Positions 18,178 through 24,479 of a stretch of 34,614 bases of DNA are shown piece by piece (within the stretch, counting starts at the first letter, position 1; every line of letters begins with the position of its first letter). The translations under genes were made by a program, and so were the position numbers. The stretch spans positions 1-34,614 of the forward strand of contig JAHJQJ010000021.1 in NCBI GenBank assembly GCA_018819325.1, written 5' to 3'. This stretch comes from Patescibacteria group bacterium. Lineage in GTDB: Bacteria > Patescibacteriota > Microgenomatia > UBA1400 > MFAQ01. The notes below the pieces were generated by a model, which saw only the letters and a list, made by a program, of their open reading frames with translations, did no database searches and was not told the origin of the DNA.

Positions 18178-19040
18178 ATTTTTTTGAAGAGTCTTAAGCA
18201 AGCGCTTCTAACTCTTGGATTATTATTAATCTCTTCAGCCGTAGGCTTTAGAGGTTTCTTGTAAATAACGCTTAAGGTTTCTGGCTGGTCCTTGCCAAAT
18301 TGCTTAACTAGTTTGTCTTCACCAGAGTGGAAAGATATTATTCCCAGGATTCCGTTTGTTTTTAGTAAGTCTGGGAGTTGGGGAAGGGTTTTTTGAATTA
18401 CTTCTCTTTCTAGATTCACAGCCATTCTTAGGCCTAGAAAAACCTGGGTAGCGGGGTGGGTTTTTTTATAACTTCCCTTTAGCTTGGTAACTAGATTGGC
18501 TAGCTGTTGACCAGTTGTTATTGGAGATATTTTCCTGTTGCTAACGATTGCTTGGGCAATTTGTTTTGCTCTTGGCTCGTCTGCTAGTCTAAAAACCTGC
18601 TCTAGTTCTTTTTGACCTAAAGCGGCTAAAAAGTCTTTGGCTGTTACACCTAGATTCTTATCTAGTCTCATGTCTAGTGCTTGGTTAGATGAGAAACTAA
18701 AACCTCGATTAGGAGATAGTATCTGATACTGTGAGGGTCCTAGGTCAATTAAAATGCCGTTGAACCGTTGATTAGTTAGTCGCTGGCTAACTTGGGTCAT
18801 GTTGGAGTTTACCACCGTCCAGTTTTTGTGAAGGTTTTGAGGGATAAACTGTTTGGCTCTTTGAATTGACTCTGGATCGATGTCGAAGCTTATTACCTTG
18901 GCTCCCGCTTGTAAAGCTTCTTGGGTATGCCCTCCGTCTCCTAAGGTAAGGTCTAAAAACAGACTGCCTGACTTTAGATTGAACAGCTTGGCTATTAAGC
19001 CAGAGTAGGCTGGATTATGTCTTGGTATTTTGGTTGTCAT
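18174..19040 (-). CDS. rsmH: 16S rRNA m4C1402 methyltransferase
   Basis: DLTLGDGGHT, DLG.S..Q, RGFSF, LDMRLD, HPATQVF, ISFHSGED, NPRVRSA.LR. Confidence 0.96.
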   Translation of the reverse strand: MTTKIPRHNPAYSGLIAKLFNLKSGSLFLDLTLGDGGHTQEALQAGAKVISFDIDPESIQRAKQFIPQNLHKNWTVVNSNMTQVSQRLTNQRFNGILIDLGPSQYQILSPNRGFSFSSNQALDMRLDKNLGVTAKDFLAALGQKELEQVFRLADEPRAKQIAQAIVSNRKISPITTGQQLANLVTKLKGSYKKTHPATQVFLGLRMAVNLEREVIQKTLPQLPDLLKTNGILGIISFHSGEDKLVKQFGKDQPETLSVIYKKPLKPTAEEINNNPRVRSACLRLFKKI

Positions 19041-19465
19041 ATGCCTAAATTAGCTAGTTCCTGATCTACTGGAACCTGACGCGTTATTTTTTCAAGGTGC
19101 TTGTGGTAGAGGTCTTTATCCCAGATTTCTGCCCGGGTCAGAGCTCCAGCTACCACGACTTGTTTTTTTAACTTGGCTTGTATTCTTAGGTGTTCCGGAA
19201 TTAAGGTCCGGCCCTGTTTGTCTAGATTCAGCTCTGTAGCTGACTGAACTAAAAGACGGGTGAACTGCCTGGCCGATGGATTGGTCAACGGAAGGCCTGC
19301 TAATTTGCTGGAGAGCTCTTGCCAGTATGATGCGGGGAAAAGAAATAGGCAGCCATCTAGCCCCCAAGTTATCACGCCACCAGACTTGAGACTGTGTCTG
19401 AATTTTTGCGGAATAGCCAGTCTGCCTTTGGCTTCTAATTGATGGTAATATCGTCCTATAAACAT
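19037..19465 (-). CDS. mraZ: Transcriptional regulator MraZ
   Basis: MFIGRY, KGRLAIPQKFR, GLDGCL, LDKQGRTLIP, RAEIWD. Confidence 0.97.
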   Translation of the reverse strand: MFIGRYYHQLEAKGRLAIPQKFRHSLKSGGVITWGLDGCLFLFPASYWQELSSKLAGLPLTNPSARQFTRLLVQSATELNLDKQGRTLIPEHLRIQAKLKKQVVVAGALTRAEIWDKDLYHKHLEKITRQVPVDQELANLGI

Positions 19466-19480
19466 AATGCATAAGTTGTT

Positions 19481-19498
19481 TCACCACTTGTCACCACT
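19481..19498 (-). promoter_or_regulatory. Putative MraZ-binding direct repeats
   Basis: AGTGGTGA occurs twice at a 10-bp period just upstream of mraZ, resembling the GTGG-type MraZ boxes of other bacteria. Confidence 0.7.
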
Positions 19499-19502
19499 AC
19501 TA

Positions 19503-19531
19503 AGTATCGTGAAAAGAAACAACATTGTCAA
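19503..19531 (-). promoter_or_regulatory. Sigma70-type promoter of the mraZ operon
   Basis: TTGACA (19526-19531), 17-nt spacer, GATACT (19503-19508). Confidence 0.6.
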
Positions 19532-19550
19532 GGACCAATTTCACGAACAT

Positions 19551-19668
19551 GGAAGTATCGCATACTTCCCACTCAGTCCGATGGTTCGAACCATCGGAAT
19601 CTTGTTATTCCGTGCTTGACACGGAATCCATACAAATTAAATGGATCCCCGCCTGCGCGGGGATGACG
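19551..19668. repeat. Mosaic palindrome cluster
   Basis: GGAAGTATCGCATACTTCC, TCCGATGGTTCGAACCATCGGA, GTTATTCCGTGCTTGACACGGAATCC, GGATCCCCGCCTGCGCGGGGATGAC. Confidence 0.9.
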
Positions 19669-19743
19669 GAGAGATATTGGGAAAATTTATTTTAGCTTGG
19701 AGCGTATTGTCATATTTTAGTAGACAAAGAAAGAGAAAATGTT

Positions 19744-20109
19744 TTGCAGCGACTTGGGCTTTTTGATTTAATACCAAAGGAAGGATTGGTTCCACAGGTT
19801 GTTAAGTTTTTAGAAGATCAGATAACCTACCCAGGGGTAAAAAATTGGCCTGAGATTATTTCATATCTTGACTCTGTGCTTGACGAAGAGACTGAACTAG
19901 TTTCTAGAAACACTGTGATCAAGTGGCACAAATTACTGCAAAATCTTTTTACCCAACCACCAACTGAGGGGACGGTTGCAAAATTTGCGGAAGGTCTGGG
20001 TACGAAAGATGATGTAATTAAACCAGCAATTGAGATGGTGGGTGAAATCAAGAAAAACAAAGAGGCTATGAGGTTAATAGAAATTACCCAGGAAAAGTTA
20101 TTTGAGTAG
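19744..20109 (+). CDS. Hypothetical protein, possibly a 5'-truncated remnant
   Basis: 121-aa ORF with a weak TTG start. The frame continues upstream as LGAYCHILVDKERENV to a TAG at 19693. Flanked by repeat clusters. Confidence 0.5.
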   Translation: MQRLGLFDLIPKEGLVPQVVKFLEDQITYPGVKNWPEIISYLDSVLDEETELVSRNTVIKWHKLLQNLFTQPPTEGTVAKFAEGLGTKDDVIKPAIEMVGEIKKNKEAMRLIEITQEKLFE

Positions 20110-20345
20110 GCATGACCCGCGGGGTTGAGGCTGGGGATTAGCCTTGAAACTGATATAGTTGGATTAGTCCGATGGTTCGAACCATCGGACCATTGTCATT
20201 CTGCCAGAGTCCCGCTCAGCGGGGGCTTGTCCAGAATTGATTCTGGAGTCCTCGCCGACTCGTCCCCAGAATGACGGAGGGGGTTAGGTGACAGGGACGG
20301 TCCTTGTCACTCCAATTGAAATCCTGACCGCTTCGGTCGAGGACG
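20104..20345. repeat. Mosaic palindrome cluster; 20104-20237 is an inverted copy of about 15902-16042
   Basis: GTAG palindrome, 22-bp perfect palindrome and GTCATTCTGCCAGAGTCCCGCTCAGCGGGGGCTTGTCCAGAAT in the same order as the reverse complement of the 15900 cluster, plus the 8470-type unit and GTGACAGGGACGGTCCTTGTCAC. Confidence 0.9.
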
Positions 20346-20361
20346 AAAAAAAAGGGGTGGA

Positions 20362-21033
20362 TTATTTGAGCTTTGAGGAGAGTTCGGTCCACTGTTTAAG
20401 GCGGATGGTTAGGCGAGGATCGGAGTCGATGATTTCTTTGGCTTTAATTAAGTGATCCTTTGATTTAAGTAACTCGGCAAGCCTCATGTAGGCACCGGAT
20501 AGCCAAGCGTTTCTTTCGTATGAAAGATCTGAACTTTCCAATACCTTAATAGCGTTGTAGATAGTACTGGTAACGGAGGTATCCCCTGCTTTATACTGGC
20601 TGACGGCTAAGTGAACTTTCATGTCTGCCAAGACCTCTGGTTTATCGTGTTCTACTGGTGGCTGATTCTCCATTATCTCTATGGCCTCTTGATAAGAGAT
20701 GATGGCAGATTTGTGATCCTCGGCCTCAGCTTGAGTTTTGGCAAGACCAAAAAGAGGAATAGCTAGACTGGATTTTTCGCCGTGGTGTCTGGCCACACTG
20801 ACTGCGGTAGAAGCAGCAGAGGTAGCCAAGACAAGAAAGAGCTTGTCGTGGGTTTGCCTGTATAAAAGCTTGAAGGTAATTGATCTGGCAGCAAAAGACT
20901 CTGCCACTCTGAGAAGATTTTTTTCTTGTTGAAAAGCCAAAATGGCTTTATCTGCAAACAACAATGACTCAAGATATTGTTCAGCCTCTCTTTGAGTATT
21001 GGAATCTATTAGAAACTCTATCGCTTTAGACAT
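20362..21033 (-). CDS. Hypothetical all-helical/TPR-like protein
   Basis: 223 aa with TPR-like segments (LFGLAKTQAEAEDHKSAIISYQEAIEI; AYMRLAELL..HLIKAKEII). Confidence 0.7.
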   Translation of the reverse strand: MSKAIEFLIDSNTQREAEQYLESLLFADKAILAFQQEKNLLRVAESFAARSITFKLLYRQTHDKLFLVLATSAASTAVSVARHHGEKSSLAIPLFGLAKTQAEAEDHKSAIISYQEAIEIMENQPPVEHDKPEVLADMKVHLAVSQYKAGDTSVTSTIYNAIKVLESSDLSYERNAWLSGAYMRLAELLKSKDHLIKAKEIIDSDPRLTIRLKQWTELSSKLK

Positions 21034-21037
21034 GTGT

Positions 21038-21883
21038 TTATTTTAACATAACGATGGGGCCGAGGATGTAGAAGGTGTGGGTTTCTTCTGCTCCCTTGAG
21101 ATCGTCTCTTATTATTTCCACCGTCTCCTTTCTGGGGGTATGATTTAGGTCAATGGTAACCGTGTCTTCGGTAATTACTGCGTCTAGTTCTTGGTAACCT
21201 GAAGCGGTGTAGATCAATACCCTGGTTATGCCTGTTTTCCTGATTTCCAACTTACCCTTAATTGCTTGCGAACCCGTAGAGGTTATGGCTAATGGATAAA
21301 GTTCTATATTGCTTTCTGGTTTTTCTGGTAGGCCTAAGGTATTAAGTAAGATTTCACCAGTTGGATTTCCAGTTGGGGTATAGGTGACTCTGCCGTCGGT
21401 AGTGGTGGTTTTACCGTCTACAAATGAATAGTCTCCCTTTAATACATGAATATCTGATTCCTCTTGGACCCTTAGTTTTAATTTAAGAGAACCCGAGATT
21501 AGATCTTTGTCGAAACTGCACTTGCCACCGGCCGAGCAACTGCCCAATAGAAACGCCTTGGCAAAAGGGTCGCTTATGGGAGACTCTAAAGTGCTTCTTG
21601 CCCCTTTAAGTAAGTCACCAGAGAGGTATTCCAGATCTATGGTGGCTCCTTCAATATATGAAGTATTCTCTAAATAAAAGGCAAGTAGCTTGCCAGTTGA
21701 GTGTTGAGATAGGATAGTAAATGGTCTTTTGTCTTGATCTAGCTGGTTAATTACCAAACGGGCGCCGGCTGCTTCTTGATCATCGATTGAGACTGGATCG
21801 TTTGATTTTTTTTTGAGTACCAGAACTGTGATAATCGATAATAGAACCAGTGCAAATATGATTACGGGGGCTAGCTTTTTCAT
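21038..21883 (-). CDS. Hypothetical membrane-anchored/exported protein
   Basis: N-terminal hydrophobic anchor, LGSCSAGGKC motif and beta-rich body; translationally coupled to glyS. Confidence 0.8.
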   Translation of the reverse strand: MKKLAPVIIFALVLLSIITVLVLKKKSNDPVSIDDQEAAGARLVINQLDQDKRPFTILSQHSTGKLLAFYLENTSYIEGATIDLEYLSGDLLKGARSTLESPISDPFAKAFLLGSCSAGGKCSFDKDLISGSLKLKLRVQEESDIHVLKGDYSFVDGKTTTTDGRVTYTPTGNPTGEILLNTLGLPEKPESNIELYPLAITSTGSQAIKGKLEIRKTGITRVLIYTASGYQELDAVITEDTVTIDLNHTPRKETVEIIRDDLKGAEETHTFYILGPIVMLK

Positions 21884-23175
21884 TATTTTTTCAGATACTT
21901 AACTAGTTTATCAATACTTACTTTTTCTTGGATGGCGGTGTCTCTGTCTCTTACTGTGACTTCGTTTTTTTCTAGTGTATCAAAGTCTATGGTGACGCAG
22001 TGAGGAGTGCCAATCTCGTCTTGGGAGTAGTAGCGTTTGCCTATATTACCCCTATCGTCCCATTCTGCTATAAAGCCTTGTTTGACTAAGTTGTCAAAGA
22101 CCTCTTTGGCTTTTGATATAAGTTCCAGTTTGTTGCCCAAGAGAGGAAAAACGGCTACCTGAACTGGAACTAGTGATTTATGGAGACTGAGGTAGATACG
22201 GTTTTTATCCTTATCGTGTTTATATGAATCTAATAAAAACATTAAAAAGGCTCTGTCTACACCGGCGGAGGTTTCTATGATCCAAGGAATTACTCTGGTA
22301 CCGTCTGGTTCTAGATAGCCTAAATCTTTGCCAGAGTACTTGCTGTGGCGGGATAAGTCCCAGTCTCCCCTGTTGTGGATTCCCTCGAACTCTTTCCAGC
22401 CCCCAAATGGGGTGTTGTACTCTATGTCTTCTGCGGCTAAAGCATAGTGAGCTCTTTCATCGTTTGTATGTTCCCTAAAACGAAGTTTTTTAGAATCAAT
22501 ACCAAGATTTAAATACCAGTTTAATCTTTCTTGTTTCCAGTAATCAAAGGTTTCTTGGGCTAGCTTTTTGTCTGGTGGAATAAAAAACTGCATTTCCATT
22601 TGCTCGAACTCACGGGTTCGAAAAATAAAGTTTTTGGGGGTAATTTCGTTTCTAAAGGCTTTACCTATTTGGGCTATACCAAAGGGAATTTTTTGTCTGG
22701 TGGAGTTTAAAACGTTTTGAAAGTTTAAATAAATTCCTTGACAGGTTTCACCTCTTAAATATGCCTTGGATTTAGCTTCGTCTGTTACACCCATTTTAGC
22801 TTCTACTAACAGATTAAAGTTTTTTTCTTCGGTTAGTTCTCCACCACAGTCGGGGCAGGTTTTTTGGTTGTCTGATTTGAAGCGATGGTGGCATTTTTTA
22901 CATTCAACTAGAGAGTCTGAAAAACCTTCTACGTGACCGGATGCTTCCCAAGTTTTGGGGTGCATGAATATGGCGGAGTCTAAACCCACCACATCTGCCC
23001 TTTTGTAAACCATTTCATTCCACCAAGATTTCTTGATGTTGTTTTTTAACTCTACCCCTCTTGGACCGTAGTCATAGACGCTGGCGTAACCGCCGTATAT
23101 TTCTGACGAGGGGTAAACAAAACCCCTGCGTTTGGCTAGGGAAATAATTTTTTCTAGTTTATTTTCGTCTGCCAT
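21883..23175 (-). CDS. glyS: Glycine--tRNA ligase, alpha2 (homodimeric) type
   Basis: LAKRRGF, YDYGP.G, YLRGETCQG, IGKAFRNEITP, FRTREFEQME, IETSAGVDR, IGKRYYSQDEIGTP. Start MADENK follows TGtTACAAT. Confidence 0.96.
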   Translation of the reverse strand: MADENKLEKIISLAKRRGFVYPSSEIYGGYASVYDYGPRGVELKNNIKKSWWNEMVYKRADVVGLDSAIFMHPKTWEASGHVEGFSDSLVECKKCHHRFKSDNQKTCPDCGGELTEEKNFNLLVEAKMGVTDEAKSKAYLRGETCQGIYLNFQNVLNSTRQKIPFGIAQIGKAFRNEITPKNFIFRTREFEQMEMQFFIPPDKKLAQETFDYWKQERLNWYLNLGIDSKKLRFREHTNDERAHYALAAEDIEYNTPFGGWKEFEGIHNRGDWDLSRHSKYSGKDLGYLEPDGTRVIPWIIETSAGVDRAFLMFLLDSYKHDKDKNRIYLSLHKSLVPVQVAVFPLLGNKLELISKAKEVFDNLVKQGFIAEWDDRGNIGKRYYSQDEIGTPHCVTIDFDTLEKNEVTVRDRDTAIQEKVSIDKLVKYLKK

Positions 23176-23195
23176 ATTAGAATATTGTAACATTA

Positions 23196-23222
23196 TGGAT
23201 CCCCGCCTGCGCGGGGATGACG
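23196..23222. repeat. Solo GTCAT-tagged palindrome
   Basis: TGGATCCCCGCCTGCGCGGGGATGACG, with identical copies near 12866, 16107 and 19642. Confidence 0.9.
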
Positions 23223-23273
23223 GGGGGTAGGGTTATAAAAAGCTTGTTGTTTGAAAGCTGATAAAATTAAAGT

Positions 23274-23738
23274 ATGGGGATATTAAAAGATACACACGAG
23301 CAATTTATTGAGGGGTCGGCAAAAGAGGCAATTGTTCAAGATAAAACTGTTTACCTGTGCTATCTAACCAACATTGTCAGAAAAGAGATTAGAACAAAAG
23401 TATCAAAAGTTTATGTAACAACTAGAATGCTGAAACATATTTATGATAAAAGACCCGCAGAAGAATATGAATATTTGATTAACAATTTACATACAATTGT
23501 GAAATACCCAGATTCTATCTACTGCAACTTGAACTCAAAGAGGGGAGACTATTGTATGGTAAAGAAAATTGGGTCATATACATATTTTTCCTCAATTGAA
23601 ATTTTAGACAAACATGTTGGAAACCAAATATCAAAAAGTGGTGTTTATGTAGCAACAGCTTTTAGACTGTATAAAGAAAATTATCTCAAGAAATATAACT
23701 TCGTGTGGAGCTGGAAGGGCGACATTCCTTCATCGTAA
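23274..23738 (+). CDS. Hypothetical protein resembling BECR-fold (PBECR/RelE-like) small nucleases
   Basis: Pattern LKHIYDKRP...IVKYPDSIY...KRG.Y..VKK...VATAFR, recognised by eye only. AT-rich, opposite to neighbours, and preceded by TGaTAAAAT-6nt-ATG. Confidence 0.6.
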   Translation: MGILKDTHEQFIEGSAKEAIVQDKTVYLCYLTNIVRKEIRTKVSKVYVTTRMLKHIYDKRPAEEYEYLINNLHTIVKYPDSIYCNLNSKRGDYCMVKKIGSYTYFSSIEILDKHVGNQISKSGVYVATAFRLYKENYLKKYNFVWSWKGDIPSS

Positions 23739-23848
23739 TGCTTTCATTGCCAGACGAATCTGGATTAATCACATTCTGCAGTAGAGCCTTTCTGACTTTC
23801 AGCCCCACACCAAATTACATTTTAAACTGCGATATCAACTAACCCGTA
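23691..23848 (-). ncRNA. Candidate structured antisense RNA overlapping the 3' end of ORF 23274-23738
   Basis: 27-nt arms 23691-23717/23796-23822 (22 WC pairs plus 3 G-U on the minus strand), internal hairpin CCAGA-CGAA-TCTGG (23750-23763), and an upstream minus-strand promoter-like sequence. Ends are approximate. Confidence 0.5.
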
Positions 23849-23854
23849 TGTATA

Positions 23855-23883
23855 TTTATACCTTCACAAATATGCCTTGTCAA
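23855..23883 (-). promoter_or_regulatory. Sigma70-type promoter pointing into the structured element
   Basis: TTGACA (23878-23883), 17-nt spacer, TATAAA (23855-23860). Confidence 0.55.
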
Positions 23884-23929
23884 CACGCGTATATCATATT
23901 ATATCAATAATATTCATATTGTATCAGAA

Positions 23930-24478
23930 TTATGTCAAGAGATTTAATGTTCGGGAGTGGATTTTTCTACTGGTGATTTCTTCAAAGTGATTCATGATTG
24001 CTTCTGGGCTGGTTGCTTTGGGTTCTGGGAAACCCAGGTGGCGCAAAAGGTAGAGTTGAAAGTCTGTTGATAGCTGACGGGAGTCGTTCTTATCACCTAA
24101 TTGATTAAGGCGGTTAAGATAGTTTTTTAAAGATATGAAAAGTTCTGTATCTGGTTGCTCTGGTGCTAAAAGCGAGTTTAGTATTTCTGCCAAATAAAAG
24201 GAAGTGCGGGCCATTTTAAGATTATTTTTTAAGTCAAGGTGGGGCTCTATTAGTTCTGCTTGAATTAATATTTGTGGGCTGCGACCCCTGGCTACCTGGA
24301 ACTTGACTAGATTTAACAAATCTAAATGAGAGGCTTTTCTTGAGGTTATTCGTCTGGCGCCCTTGGCTATTAAGTTAACAAGACCGTGGTCTTTGCTAAC
24401 CAAGTCTACAAAACGATCGGCTTCACCAAAGTCTGTGATTTTGATAACAATGCCAGTGTCTGAAAAAGCTTTGTTCAT
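23930..24478 (-). CDS. recO: DNA repair protein RecO (short form)
   Basis: GIVIK..DFGEADRFV, HGLV.LIAKGARRITSR, YLAEIL, LLRHLGF. Confidence 0.92.
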   Translation of the reverse strand: MNKAFSDTGIVIKITDFGEADRFVDLVSKDHGLVNLIAKGARRITSRKASHLDLLNLVKFQVARGRSPQILIQAELIEPHLDLKNNLKMARTSFYLAEILNSLLAPEQPDTELFISLKNYLNRLNQLGDKNDSRQLSTDFQLYLLRHLGFPEPKATSPEAIMNHFEEITSRKIHSRTLNLLT

Positions 24479-24479
24479 C

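Noticed and set aside
15900-20345. Palindromes around accessory genes as integron attC sites or IS ends
   Set aside because: I saw no RYYYAAC...GTTRRRY core pairs, no integrase or transposase, and no clear target-site duplications.
23176-23273. T-box riboswitches upstream of glyS or ileS
   Set aside because: There is no room and no T-box consensus. Promoter elements lie immediately before the start codons.
23691-23822. Structured element as a tRNA or a simple rho-independent terminator
   Set aside because: No cloverleaf or T-loop. The stem is long, encloses about 78 nt and overlaps the coding sequence. A terminator role is not fully excluded.
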